DNA of 55,973 bases from contig JAWOCD010000033.1 in NCBI GenBank assembly GCA_046483985.1, positions 1 to 55,973 on the forward strand, in the 5' to 3' direction. This DNA comes from Promethearchaeia archaeon (GTDB taxonomy: Archaea > Asgardarchaeota > Lokiarchaeia > Sigyniarchaeales > SOKP01). Made by a program: the position numbers and the translations under genes. Below the pieces are notes generated by a model. The model was not told the DNA's origin, searched no databases, and saw nothing but the letters and a program-made list of their open reading frames with translations. The stretch's first letter is position 1. Every line of letters starts with the position of its first letter. Below, in pieces: positions 39,009-49,592 of the stretch.

Positions 39009-40454
39009 TCAACGATCTTTTACTTCCTTTTCGAGTTTTTCAGCCCGTTCATACAAAATGTTCTCAACTTCCTTTTTATCTTCTTCATATGTGAAAAATG
39101 CAAGTCCCCAAAGAGCAATGTCGATTATCCCCATGATCGCAGCAAAAATGAATGCAACCGTATATCCGCCACTTTCAAATGACACAATTAAGTGCCCTCC
39201 AATGAACGCACCCAGCGCAATCCCCACTTGATCCATGAAATTCCCCAGCTGATAACTCGTAGCACGGTGTTCTGGTAGATTGATCTCAGTAATTGCACTC
39301 TGCCAGATGGGATGTATTCCGCTGCTTATTGAGATCGCAACAAAAAGAAGCACTAAAAAGAGCACAAACTCAGGTATTAGAAATAAGTCACCTAATGATG
39401 CACCGTCAGGGGCTCTCCAAGGGATTAATACGGCGATGATAAAAAGTGGTGTATATGTTATCAGCAAAGTAATGATAATTTTTATTCTTGCCAAGGGATC
39501 TTTCGTCTTTTGATAAATTGTATCGGCAACTTTACCCCATACCGGAGCACTGATATATCGTACAGCTAAAAGAAGAACTGCAAAGATTCCCGCTAATCCC
39601 AGGTTTAAATTGTGCTGCTCGCTGAGCCATAGGGTTGCAAAAAGAAAAATCCCTCCTGGAAGCGCGTCTGCAAAATTAAGAAGTAAAATAATGTTTGATT
39701 TGCGTTTAAAAATTCTCGGGATATCCTTAGGTTCAATATAATACTCATATTCTACTCCTTCTTCTTTTAAAATATCTTCTAATGCGTGTTCTTTTCTGCC
39801 TCTTTTAGGTAAGCGTATAGGAAGAAGGGCAAAAGAAAAGGTTAAGATAATAATTCCCGTTAAGATGTATGGTATTCGCCATTCACCAATGGTTAAAAAT
39901 CCGAGAAAAAGGAGGGCACCCACAAGCCCTCCCACGATGCTGAGAAAAAGAATTAAACCGTAATTTGTTCCTCGTTTTTCTGGGGGAGTCATGTCCGAAA
40001 TAAGTGCAAATATCACGGGGGCAATTATCCCGTTTCCTAAAGCAATAAAGACATGTGAAAAAAAAAAGACATCCCACGTTGGAGCAACTCCAGAGATAAC
40101 ACAGCTGATACCCGTTACCCATCCACCAATAATTGCAACCGGTTTTTTTGAGATATTATCCACATAATACCCCGCAATAACCCCCACTCCAGCAAAAAGA
40201 AGAACCATCGACGACAGAAGCTCTCCAGCCATGGCAGCATTTAATTCCCATGCAGGTTCTGCATCGAAGATAGCAGGTTGGATTATGGAATAGACATTAT
40301 ACGCAAGGCCGGTAAAAATGCTCGTAAGGATGGCGATGAGAATGGAAAGTTTAACCACTAAATCTAAATCGGATTTATGCTGGGATTTCGATTCGTGTTC
40401 GTTTGCGTTTTTAACCGAACTTTGTTTAGAGTTTTTCTTTTCTTGAGTATTCAT
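39009..40454 (-). CDS. MFS transporter
   Basis: 12 TMs; GYYVDNISKK motif A variant; ISDMTPPEKRG. Confidence 0.88.
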   Translation of the reverse strand: MNTQEKKNSKQSSVKNANEHESKSQHKSDLDLVVKLSILIAILTSIFTGLAYNVYSIIQPAIFDAEPAWELNAAMAGELLSSMVLLFAGVGVIAGYYVDNISKKPVAIIGGWVTGISCVISGVAPTWDVFFFSHVFIALGNGIIAPVIFALISDMTPPEKRGTNYGLILFLSIVGGLVGALLFLGFLTIGEWRIPYILTGIIILTFSFALLPIRLPKRGRKEHALEDILKEEGVEYEYYIEPKDIPRIFKRKSNIILLLNFADALPGGIFLFATLWLSEQHNLNLGLAGIFAVLLLAVRYISAPVWGKVADTIYQKTKDPLARIKIIITLLITYTPLFIIAVLIPWRAPDGASLGDLFLIPEFVLFLVLLFVAISISSGIHPIWQSAITEINLPEHRATSYQLGNFMDQVGIALGAFIGGHLIVSFESGGYTVAFIFAAIMGIIDIALWGLAFFTYEEDKKEVENILYERAEKLEKEVKDR

Positions 40455-40686
40455 GAAATAACGACACTAATTTGAGTTTGCTTATCAAAAGTTATACTTA
40501 AGTTCTATATATATCTTTTGGGAGATTCCTCAGATTTCATAATGATATATGAAAATTTGAATTATGTATTGATCGGTATCTCTATAAAATTTTTCCTTGA
40601 AACGGTATATAAGTTCTGAAAAGTTCAAAAAGATAATAACAAAGAATTCATATATATTTTTATAAAGATTATCAGAGAAAAAGCAA

Positions 40687-41772
40687 ATGGAACAATTCCC
40701 CGATATCCCCCCAAGATTTCTAAAAAAAGGAAAGTACCAGTCCCAGTTAAAAGAAAATCTCGTGCGGTGTGGAAATTGTGAACATAAGTGTAAGATCAAA
40801 CCAGGAAAAATCGGGGTCTGCGGCACTAGATTAAACAATAAAAATACAATCTATAGCATCGTCTACGGATGCATTCCCGCACTCTCGATTAATCCAATTG
40901 AAAAAAAGCCATTATTTCATTTTTATCCGGGAACCAAAGCAATTACTGCAGGGACATATGGGTGTAATTTTAACTGTTTTTGGTGTCAGAACCATCATCT
41001 CTCCCATCCAAAATTCGTAATACGTGAAAATCTTAAAGATAGAGAGGATTTATATATACCCCCTCAAGATTTGATAAAAAAAGCCATTGAAAACAATTGT
41101 CAAGGAACTTCCATCTCCTTTAATGAGCCCACACTACTCTTTGAATATGCCCTTGAAGTGTTTTCCTTGGCAAAAGAACAAGGTCTATATAATACCTATG
41201 TTTCCAATGGATATATGACAGAACAAGTGTTGAGAGACTTAGCAAAACATGGTCTAGATGCTATTAACATAGACATTAAAGGGGATAAAGAAATGGTCGA
41301 GAAATATTGCAATGCAGATGTAGAAAAGGGGTGGAGAAATGCGAAATTGGCAATAGAGTTAGGAATTCACACGGAAATCACAATATTAATTATTGAAGGG
41401 TTTAACTCCGAGGAAAAAACAGTAAAAAAAATGACAAAACGCATTCTCAATGAGTTGGGGGAGGATATCGCAGTCCATCTTAATCGGTTTTATCCCCACT
41501 ATAAATCTAGCGATTACGGGTTGGAAAGTCCAACAGATAGAGAACTTATGAGAAAGGTATATAATGTTGCAAAAGATCAAGGATTAAAGTATGTTTATTT
41601 GGGAAATTTACCCACCACGGAGTATCAGCATACGCGATGTCCTAACTGCTCAAAAATAGTTATAAAACGGGGATTAAGAGGCATTGAGATAACAAGGTTA
41701 AATGAAAAAGGAGAATGTATAAATTGTGGAGAAAATCTTTTTGATAAAACCGAACTATGGAGAAAATCCTAA
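40687..41772 (+). CDS. amrS: AmmeMemoRadiSam system radical SAM enzyme (PflA-like)
   Basis: NPIEKKPLFHFYPG, GCNFNCFWCQN, SFNEP, YVYLGN, CPNC. Confidence 0.88.
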   Translation: MEQFPDIPPRFLKKGKYQSQLKENLVRCGNCEHKCKIKPGKIGVCGTRLNNKNTIYSIVYGCIPALSINPIEKKPLFHFYPGTKAITAGTYGCNFNCFWCQNHHLSHPKFVIRENLKDREDLYIPPQDLIKKAIENNCQGTSISFNEPTLLFEYALEVFSLAKEQGLYNTYVSNGYMTEQVLRDLAKHGLDAINIDIKGDKEMVEKYCNADVEKGWRNAKLAIELGIHTEITILIIEGFNSEEKTVKKMTKRILNELGEDIAVHLNRFYPHYKSSDYGLESPTDRELMRKVYNVAKDQGLKYVYLGNLPTTEYQHTRCPNCSKIVIKRGLRGIEITRLNEKGECINCGENLFDKTELWRKS

Positions 41773-41921
41773 TCAATATATATATAGGAGAAGAAGAAAT
41801 CGATATTAGAGAACTCGGAACTAACGAAGACGATAATTCTTGGTCAAAACAATTCAAACTGTCAGGAGAAGCAAAAAATTCATTATTGATGAGGAGAGAA
41901 ATTGGATGAATGCAATATTGA

Positions 41922-42758
41922 TCATTGGAGAAAATCGATAATATGCTGATTAACCTCAGGAGCCTTTTCTCGTGGAGATTCGTGCCCCGCATTCTCAATA
42001 ACGATTAACTTACTGTTTGGTATTTGCTTATGGATCATTTCATTCATTATTTTTGGGGTCTGTCGATCTTTTTCCGCCGTTAAAATAAGCACTTCACTCT
42101 TAATGTTAGGTAGATCGTCGTAAACATCATACGTTCCTAAGGCATGTGCTTGATTTTTGATATCTTGCGGTCTTGAAGGATTTTTTGCACTGATTTCGAT
42201 TAAATCCTCAGCAGAGAATAATCCATAGAATTTTTTACTGGGATTTTTTTCCATTTTTTTTCGGAATTTACGGGTAAACCCCATTTTTGCCCCCGCAAAA
42301 AACGCCGCCTTGGGATCTTTCTGCTTTTCCTGATATTTATCAATTTGTGATTTTTCATACATCTTCAGTCCTTGATCATCTCCCGGCCATTTTGGTAAGG
42401 TATTTATCAGTACCACCTTCTTAACACGTTCAGGATACAGTAAAACGAACGATTGAACAATCATACCGCCTAAAGACCAGCCTAAAATATGAGCCTTATC
42501 TATTTCTAAATGGTTCATTAATGCCGCAATATCGTCTGCAAACATTTCCATTTTATATGGTTCATCTGGGCGGTCCGACTTCCCTGCGCCTCGATTATCG
42601 AATTTTATCACTTTAAAATGTTCCGCTAATACATCAAATTGAGCTATCCACACTTCTTTATCCGCGCCGAATCCATGAACTAAGATAAGGGGCTTTCCTT
42701 CGCCCTTTACTTCATAGCATACTTTTATTCCATTTATTTCAGCAAACCGTTCTGTCAT
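41922..42758 (-). CDS. Alpha/beta hydrolase
   Basis: HGFG, FDNRGAGKS, GWSLGG nucleophile, AGH. Confidence 0.92.
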   Translation of the reverse strand: MTERFAEINGIKVCYEVKGEGKPLILVHGFGADKEVWIAQFDVLAEHFKVIKFDNRGAGKSDRPDEPYKMEMFADDIAALMNHLEIDKAHILGWSLGGMIVQSFVLLYPERVKKVVLINTLPKWPGDDQGLKMYEKSQIDKYQEKQKDPKAAFFAGAKMGFTRKFRKKMEKNPSKKFYGLFSAEDLIEISAKNPSRPQDIKNQAHALGTYDVYDDLPNIKSEVLILTAEKDRQTPKIMNEMIHKQIPNSKLIVIENAGHESPREKAPEVNQHIIDFLQ

Positions 42759-42904
42759 ATTATAATTTTATGAGTACTCAAATTAAAAAATTTTTCATAT
42801 GATAAAAAATAATTTCTAAGCATTACTCAATCAAAAAATTGTCTCTTTCTCTCTAGATATTATAAATAGATTTAAAATCAGTTAAAAATTTTCAAACTAA
42901 AGAT

Positions 42905-44164
42905 GTGAAGAATTTTTCAAAAGTGATTAAAGATATTTTAACTTCCGACTATGAATATCCAAGTCTCACTCCATTATGGATTGGACTTTTCATTGATGTG
43001 TTAGGGTTTTATATTATCATCCCCTTCCTCCCTACATTTATAGAGGTTTTTGAAACAACTCCTTTTGTTATTGGACTGCTTTTAGCAACGAATGCTGTTT
43101 TTACTTTTATCTTTGCACCTATTTGGGGTAATATAAGTGATCGGATAGGCAGAAAACCCGTATTGTTAATTTCCCAAGCGGGAACATTTATGGCTTTTAT
43201 GATGTTAGCTTTTTCTAACTCATTAGAACTCTTATTCATAGCAAGAGTTGTTGACGGGGTATTTGGGGGCAACTTTCCCACCGTGAAAGCAATAATTACG
43301 GATACTGTCCCGCCTAAAGATCGGGGTCTGCAGATGACCAATGTGGGCGTAGTACATGTGCTCGCTGGTTTGATCGGACCTGGGTTGGGAGGTATATTAT
43401 CGGTAATCAGGATTTTAGGTCCCGAATTTCCAATGGCTACAGCGGGTTTAGCTGCCTCGGGGATGTCCCTCGCAAGCATCCTTGTGACCATCTTTTTCGT
43501 AGAAGAGTCTTGGCCCAAATCGCTAAGAGAAAAAGCAAAAAAAGAAATTAAGGTCCATTTGAAATTAAGGAATAATAAATCAGCCTTGTATTTGCTCACC
43601 CAGTACGGGTTCCACACATTCTCCTTCACATTATATATGTCAAATCTCACACTCTACATTGGAGTTATCTTAGGGCTCGATGCCTTAGGGATTGGTATAC
43701 TTTTGACAATTTCAGGCATAACTCGGGCTTTGGTACGATTCACTCTTTTCAAACCAACATTAAGATATTTGGGGGAAAAGCGAATGACTGAATTGGGTTT
43801 GTTAATAGTTGCAGTCAGCTTTTTTCTTATCGTGCTGGTTGATAATATTTGGATTTTTCTAATATTCATGTTGTTGATAAGTTATGGGGTATCTTGTTCG
43901 AGGGGGCTTTTGACGAGTAAATTAACGCAATCAGTTAAGCCAGATCAGGTCGGAAAGATTAATGGATACACAACGACCATGGATAGCTTAGCTCGAGTGT
44001 TTGGACCAATCATCGGCTCTGCAATTTTTAGTTTTTCTCTTCCTTTTTGGTGGGGTGTGCTCATGGGAGTTATTGCAACAGTCGCTTTTGTTATGGTTTT
44101 CAAAAAAGTAAAGGTTTTCAGAAAGCAGCAAGAAAGATTTCAGCAAGAGAAATCTAAAGCTTAA
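42905..44164 (+). CDS. MFS transporter (TetA/DHA1-like)
   Basis: APIWGNISDRIGRKPVLL, ARVVDGVFGG, GPGLGG. Confidence 0.9.
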   Translation: MKNFSKVIKDILTSDYEYPSLTPLWIGLFIDVLGFYIIIPFLPTFIEVFETTPFVIGLLLATNAVFTFIFAPIWGNISDRIGRKPVLLISQAGTFMAFMMLAFSNSLELLFIARVVDGVFGGNFPTVKAIITDTVPPKDRGLQMTNVGVVHVLAGLIGPGLGGILSVIRILGPEFPMATAGLAASGMSLASILVTIFFVEESWPKSLREKAKKEIKVHLKLRNNKSALYLLTQYGFHTFSFTLYMSNLTLYIGVILGLDALGIGILLTISGITRALVRFTLFKPTLRYLGEKRMTELGLLIVAVSFFLIVLVDNIWIFLIFMLLISYGVSCSRGLLTSKLTQSVKPDQVGKINGYTTTMDSLARVFGPIIGSAIFSFSLPFWWGVLMGVIATVAFVMVFKKVKVFRKQQERFQQEKSKA

Positions 44165-44215
44165 TTTAGCTTTAAATTTAAATTATTATGTTAGAAAGCT
44201 GAGGTTTCAAAATTA

Positions 44216-44412
44216 ATGGTAAACCTTATTTATGTGGTTATTGGCATCGCCTTGACAATTCAGACTTCCTTTTGTTTTAAATATTGCCAGTGTTTTGCAA
44301 AAGAAGGGGGTTATACAAGGATTACCTGAGTTTAAATTCGAAGGGATAAAAGACTTTATAAATATTTTTAAAGAGTTTTTCCAAAATAAATCATAGATAA
44401 CAGGATTCATTC
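44216..44412 (+). pseudogene. Truncated copy of the DMT-family gene at 45837
   Basis: Close match to the 5' end of 45837..46835 including its upstream sequence; TGG>TAG stop at 44394; homology ends near 44412. Confidence 0.85.
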
Positions 44413-44525
44413 GTAAACATTTCCATTTCCTATGGTTCATCTGAACGGTCTGACTTACCCGATCCTCTATTATCAAATCTTACTAAAAAGTTAATTTTTA
44501 AATTGGAAAGCAAAAATAGAACCTA

Positions 44526-45380
44526 CTAGCTTGCAAGAACAAAAGCAAGGAGTTCCAAATATACCAACAATTTTAAGAGCTTCTCTAATCGATTGGTACT
44601 TCTTCTTCGGTTACTGAGTTTATAGGTAAGGTATATTGTAAATGTAAATACAACCAAGCTAGCGATTAGGGGATAGAGGTAGAATAATTGATAAGCAACC
44701 CCAAAAAAGAGTGCTAGAGTCAGGAAAACCGCTGAAAATAGTTGCGAATAAAATGACTCTTTAATCGGATTTACAATTTTCTGCTCGGTTTTATACGTTA
44801 AATGTGTAAAATTTAATAAATCTCTGGCACATTGTAAAAAGAATGTGGCTAAAAAGAATAAAACAATTATATATGAAAAAGCGAGCGTATTTAAGATGGC
44901 TCCATATATTATTCCAAAGGAAAAAATTAAATTTGAGAAAAGTAATTTAGTATACCTTTTTTTTATTCCTCTCAAATATAGGAATGCAAGCCCTATCCAG
45001 ACCCCATTAATTATTCCGACATAAAGGAGGAGCACAAAGTCGATATTATTGAGAAGAATATGGAAAATTAGCAAACCCGCACCTAACGAAAGGAAAACTA
45101 CAAATCTCAAGAGGGTTCCAACCGTAAAAATAAGGGTTCCTCTTGACTTGCCGTTTTCCATCTTTGAATAAAGCGAAAGCGCCGCTAAACCAAATAAGAA
45201 ATAAGATGGAATACCGTATAAAAAATTCAGATTTAATCTTCCTATACCAACACTCTGGCGCGTGATAATTAGGCCTATAATAACTAAGATGATACCTTTA
45301 ATTGCAGGTTTAACAAAATGAAAGAAATATGAAATAGGTGCGAGTTTTTGCTTTAAGCTCTTCAAACTATACCACTTCAA
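44526..45380 (-). CDS. Membrane protein, degenerate UbiA/DGGGP-synthase-like
   Basis: Multi-TM; YLRGIKK...FSNLIFSFGIIYG and CARDLL resemble the UbiA C-terminal half; no NDxxD motif. Confidence 0.5.
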   Translation of the reverse strand: MKWYSLKSLKQKLAPISYFFHFVKPAIKGIILVIIGLIITRQSVGIGRLNLNFLYGIPSYFLFGLAALSLYSKMENGKSRGTLIFTVGTLLRFVVFLSLGAGLLIFHILLNNIDFVLLLYVGIINGVWIGLAFLYLRGIKKRYTKLLFSNLIFSFGIIYGAILNTLAFSYIIVLFFLATFFLQCARDLLNFTHLTYKTEQKIVNPIKESFYSQLFSAVFLTLALFFGVAYQLFYLYPLIASLVVFTFTIYLTYKLSNRRRSTNRLEKLLKLLVYLELLAFVLAS

Positions 45381-45461
45381 AATTTATTGCTGTGAATAAT
45401 TCTTAAAATCAATTATTAAATAAAAATCATTCATTTCTAAAAACAATTTAATGTTGATTAG

Positions 45462-45779
45462 GGATGTAGTAAGTTCAGATTATGAGTATCCAAGTCTCAC
45501 GCCTTGGGGATCGTTCTTTTTATCGATGTTTTAGGATCTTATATTATAATATTATAATCCCCACTTTTAACCAGTAAAATAACCCAATCAGTAAAACCAG
45601 AACAAGTAGGAAAAATTAATGATATACAATGACGATGGACAGCTTATCTAAAGTTTTCAATCTAATGGGGCATGCTTATGGGAAGCATCACAACAATCGC
45701 CTTTATTAGAGTTTTTAAAAAGGTAAAGACCGTAAGAGAGGAGCAACGAGAGTTTCAGCAAAGAAAATCTAAAGATTAA
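45462..45779 (+). pseudogene. Internally deleted, frameshifted copy of the MFS gene 42905..44164
   Basis: Blocks homologous to 42932-43024, 43907-44002 and 44051-44164 joined by deletions. Confidence 0.85.
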
Positions 45780-45836
45780 TTTAGCACAAAACTTAATTTA
45801 TTATTATAGTTTTAGTTTTTAGAGGTTTCAAAATTA

Positions 45837-46835
45837 ATGGTAGATATTATTAATGTCATCATTGGGATTACATTGACAATTTTAACCTCATTTTGTTTTA
45901 ATATTGCCGTTGTCTTGCAAAAGAAAGGACTTATGCAAGGATTACCAGAATTTAAATTCGAGGGGATCGGCGATTTTATTGATATTTTTAAAGAATTTTT
46001 CCAAAATAAGTCGTGGATTACGGGATTCATTCTAAGTCTGTTGGGATGGATCCCCTATATGATTGCTCAATCTCTAATAGGGGTCTTGATTGTATCACCC
46101 ATCATGAGTATTGGACTCATTTTTCTGGTTTTATTCGCTAAGCGAATATTGGATGAAGATGTTAAGATTAAAGAAGGTCTCGCCATGGGCTTATTGATTA
46201 TATCGCCGATATTAATTACATTATCCAATATATCGGAAGTAAAGATTAACTTAATCGAATTTATAACCCCTTTTCTTATATTTCTTTTGATAATCACAAG
46301 CATATCTGTATTTTTTTATATGTACGGAGAATCTAGAGAGGATAAATCCTTGGAAGGTTTATTCTTATTGTTAATCGCCAGTGCTTTATTTTCTCTAGGG
46401 GCTATTTTTACTAATATATTTGTCCAAGCGTTTGCAGATGCGAGTACAGATTTATCACTTCTTACATTCTTTGAAATCTTTTTTGGAATCTTTTGGTTTA
46501 TTTTTGAAGGCTCATACGCCCACCTTTGGATTTTTATTGGAATTTATGGAGTGGGTTTGAGTAACTTTGTGGGATTATTATTTCAACAAAATGCACTCCA
46601 AAAGGGAAAAGCTGTTATAATGTGGCCAATCCAGAATGGTATTACCATCATCGTTCCCGTCATTGTGGGATTTTATGTATTTCAACAGTCTGTTAATAAT
46701 GTACCGATTTTTATAGTGGCTCTCATTTTGATACTGGTTGCGGTATCATTCTTAAGTAAATTTCAAGCAGAGGTAGAAAAAATAGAAGGACCCCAAGATG
46801 TAGAAGAATTAATGGAAAATAATCAAGGGGATTAA
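45837..46835 (+). CDS. DMT/EamA-like (NIPA-like) membrane transporter
   Basis: AVVLQKKG, WITGF, QNALQKGKAVIMWP; about 9-10 TMs. Confidence 0.7.
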   Translation: MVDIINVIIGITLTILTSFCFNIAVVLQKKGLMQGLPEFKFEGIGDFIDIFKEFFQNKSWITGFILSLLGWIPYMIAQSLIGVLIVSPIMSIGLIFLVLFAKRILDEDVKIKEGLAMGLLIISPILITLSNISEVKINLIEFITPFLIFLLIITSISVFFYMYGESREDKSLEGLFLLLIASALFSLGAIFTNIFVQAFADASTDLSLLTFFEIFFGIFWFIFEGSYAHLWIFIGIYGVGLSNFVGLLFQQNALQKGKAVIMWPIQNGITIIVPVIVGFYVFQQSVNNVPIFIVALILILVAVSFLSKFQAEVEKIEGPQDVEELMENNQGD

Positions 46836-46918
46836 TGACTGATTTTGCCGTAAGAAGTTCGATAAATATCCAATAATTGATGTTAATTTTTTAAAAAGGG
46901 TAATTTTATAATAATATT

Positions 46919-47695
46919 ATGAAAGTTGAAGAGCAAGAAGAAAAAACAATAAAAATCGCAGTTCTGGATTTTTTCACCATAAATTTTCTTTCCTTTCTCG
47001 TTCCTTGCTTTCCATGCTTAGGGATCTTTCTTTTTGTAGAATTTTTTATATTGCAAATTCTGCCTCTTCCGCTCTTATTTCATTTTTTGGCACTAGTCAT
47101 TCTGTCTGTTTTTCTTTATTATGTATATCTCCTCTTATTAATCGAGTTTGGAGCATTGTGGGTAAGAAGATGGAACAAAAAATCACCTCCAAAGCAAGGA
47201 GTTTTCGCCCGGATTTTAAATGACTCCAATTCGCCAGAAAGAAAAATGCTGAATTATTACCATAAACGGGGTTTTATTATTAAAATGCCCGTGTGGCTGA
47301 CTATGAAAAGTCCCTTCCCATGGCTAGTCAAGAGAGCATTAAGAAGGATTACGCATAATAAGATCGGCGAAAACGTGATATATTGTGATAGTTACGTTGG
47401 TTTAGAATTCACGGAGATCGGTGATAACACGTTTATATATCCTACCGCAGCTTTATCAAGTCATGCTGTAAACTCCATTTTTGGAAAAATTAGTATCTTA
47501 GAAATTAAACTTGGGAAAAACAATGTAGTTTATCCAGGGGTAATTGCAGGTCCTGGAGTACATACAGAAAGTAATTTTTCAATTTATCCAAATACTTTAC
47601 TTCATAAAAATTGGCGTGGAAAAAAGGAAAAAAAATATTATCAAGGAAGTCCTGGAAGACCAGTAGATCCCCCAAAAACTTTAAGAAAAAATTAA
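46919..47695 (+). CDS. Membrane protein with left-handed beta-helix (hexapeptide repeat) acyltransferase-like domain
   Basis: Two N-terminal TMs; KIGENV, EIGDNTFI, KLGKNNVV repeats; YQGSPGRP. Confidence 0.65.
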   Translation: MKVEEQEEKTIKIAVLDFFTINFLSFLVPCFPCLGIFLFVEFFILQILPLPLLFHFLALVILSVFLYYVYLLLLIEFGALWVRRWNKKSPPKQGVFARILNDSNSPERKMLNYYHKRGFIIKMPVWLTMKSPFPWLVKRALRRITHNKIGENVIYCDSYVGLEFTEIGDNTFIYPTAALSSHAVNSIFGKISILEIKLGKNNVVYPGVIAGPGVHTESNFSIYPNTLLHKNWRGKKEKKYYQGSPGRPVDPPKTLRKN

Positions 47696-47720
47696 AAGGG
47701 AAAAAAGAGGCTTAAAATTA

Positions 47721-49226
47721 CTAATTTTCCGGTTTCGGGTATTTTCCGTGGTTTTGAAGAAATTCACGATAGGTATTCATATGGTCAACGACTTTTGCCG
47801 CTAATTCTACAGATTCATATACCGGAATGCCGCGATTCAAGAGTTTAAGTTTAAATTTATAGCGACTCTCATATTCTTCGAATCCTTCATTAATTTTTAG
47901 CATCACGCAGAATAATGGTTTTTCACACACTCTTTTGGCTTTTCCGATATATTTTATGAATAATCTGTTTAAGTCTATATCTTCAAATCCCATCCCGTCT
48001 ACAACACTACTCTGTAGTGAAGAAAAACGTTCAGGGTCTTTTACAAATACAATTGCGGAGGTATTGGGGTCTTCATCCAGGAGCTTGATTGTTCTAAAAT
48101 AAATATTGGGTAATGCTCCCCGAGCTCCTAGATCGATTGGATTTCGGAAACTTGTATTTACATCGGGCATAAAACGTGTAAATCGTTTCTTTATTTTCTC
48201 CGTTAATTCGGGAATTTTCAGATTATATTTTTCTAAGGCATCGCCCGCTTCAATAGTGCTTCCCCCGCCAATTCCAATAAGTCCCACATCCCGTGTTTTT
48301 GGCAAGTAATTAAATTTAAAGCCACTTGCTAAAGCGGCTAATTCTGTGGAGTTATTCACCAAACAGCAGCCAGTTTGCTTTGCTACAGACTTCCATATGC
48401 GGTTGTCTCCTGCTAAGCCTCCAGTATGGGACATAATTGCTTTTTTTGTAGCTTCTCCATATCCCGCCCTCCATAAAATGATGGGTTTTCGGTTGAGATT
48501 ACAAGCTTTTGCTTTTTTTAGGAATTGCCGACCTATCTCTTTGGATTTAAGATTTTCAAGATAAAGCCCTATAATTGCAGTGTGATCATCCTCAAGAAAG
48601 TAATCCAAAAAATGCGGATGAGTTAAATCAGCTGCATTTCCAATAGAGACTAGTTTAGAGACGTAACAGCCGTAGGATACTGCCAATTGAGCGGAATTAA
48701 TTGCTAAACCTCCACTCTGAAATACACCACTGAAATTTCCCGCCTTCTTTGATTGTTCGGCTCCGATGTACAGACCCATTCTGGGATTATAGACGCCCAA
48801 ACAATTTGGTCCTATTATACGAATATTGTATTTCTTTGCAGTGTTTAATAATTCGGTGATTAAATCTTCCTTGCCGACTTCAGAAAACCCAGAAGCAAAA
48901 ACGGTAACAAACGGAACGCCCTTTTTTCCGATTTCTTCAAGCAGTGTGGGACATAGTTCCGCACGGACGCTTAAAATTACATAGTCGATAGTTACATCTT
49001 CGGGGATATCTAGGATTGAGGCATAGCACGGATAGCCTAAAAGATCTTCTCCGGCGTACTTAGGATTAAAAAGATACATATCTCCTTTAAAGCGTCCTTC
49101 CATGCAACGGACAAAATATCCTCCTCCCGTAGGATCCTTTGAGGCCCCAATTATTCCGATGGCCTCTGGAAAAAAAAGTCTGTCGAGGTTTAATTCTTTC
49201 GTGTTCTCCATATCAGCCATAACCAT
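47721..49226 (-). CDS. Acyl-CoA synthetase (NDP-forming) alpha subunit / CoA-binding protein
   Basis: IIGAS, ASGFSE, IIGPNCLG, QSGG, SIGN, SHTGGLAG (phospho-His), NPIDL. Confidence 0.88.
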   Translation of the reverse strand: MVMADMENTKELNLDRLFFPEAIGIIGASKDPTGGGYFVRCMEGRFKGDMYLFNPKYAGEDLLGYPCYASILDIPEDVTIDYVILSVRAELCPTLLEEIGKKGVPFVTVFASGFSEVGKEDLITELLNTAKKYNIRIIGPNCLGVYNPRMGLYIGAEQSKKAGNFSGVFQSGGLAINSAQLAVSYGCYVSKLVSIGNAADLTHPHFLDYFLEDDHTAIIGLYLENLKSKEIGRQFLKKAKACNLNRKPIILWRAGYGEATKKAIMSHTGGLAGDNRIWKSVAKQTGCCLVNNSTELAALASGFKFNYLPKTRDVGLIGIGGGSTIEAGDALEKYNLKIPELTEKIKKRFTRFMPDVNTSFRNPIDLGARGALPNIYFRTIKLLDEDPNTSAIVFVKDPERFSSLQSSVVDGMGFEDIDLNRLFIKYIGKAKRVCEKPLFCVMLKINEGFEEYESRYKFKLKLLNRGIPVYESVELAAKVVDHMNTYREFLQNHGKYPKPEN

Positions 49227-49592
49227 TTAAAATACTCTTTCGTTTAAAATTTTTAATTAATATAACTAAGAATCCATTTAATCTAAATCCTTTTATATTG
49301 TACTAAAATGTCATGATAATAAGCAAAATAGGGACGGAAGAATGTTTCATTTTTAAAGAATGTTTTTTTTTTAAAGAATATCTTTATCGAACGACAGAGA
49401 ATTCAAGTGTTGGGAATTCGGATATTGAAATGAACGAGATGAGGTGGGAAATATAAATATCCTTAAAAAGTATAATCAAGTTCACCGTCCCTTCGGAGAT
49501 AATCATTTCGGGGTGGAGAACCATCCCTTATTATCTAGTGTGTGTATAACGGATTAGGGAGTATAAGGCTCGCGCCTTCAGGCATAAATAAT

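Noticed and set aside
43009-43650. 213-aa antisense ORF and other short antisense ORFs in the track
   Set aside because: Shadow frames of well-supported genes on the opposite strand.
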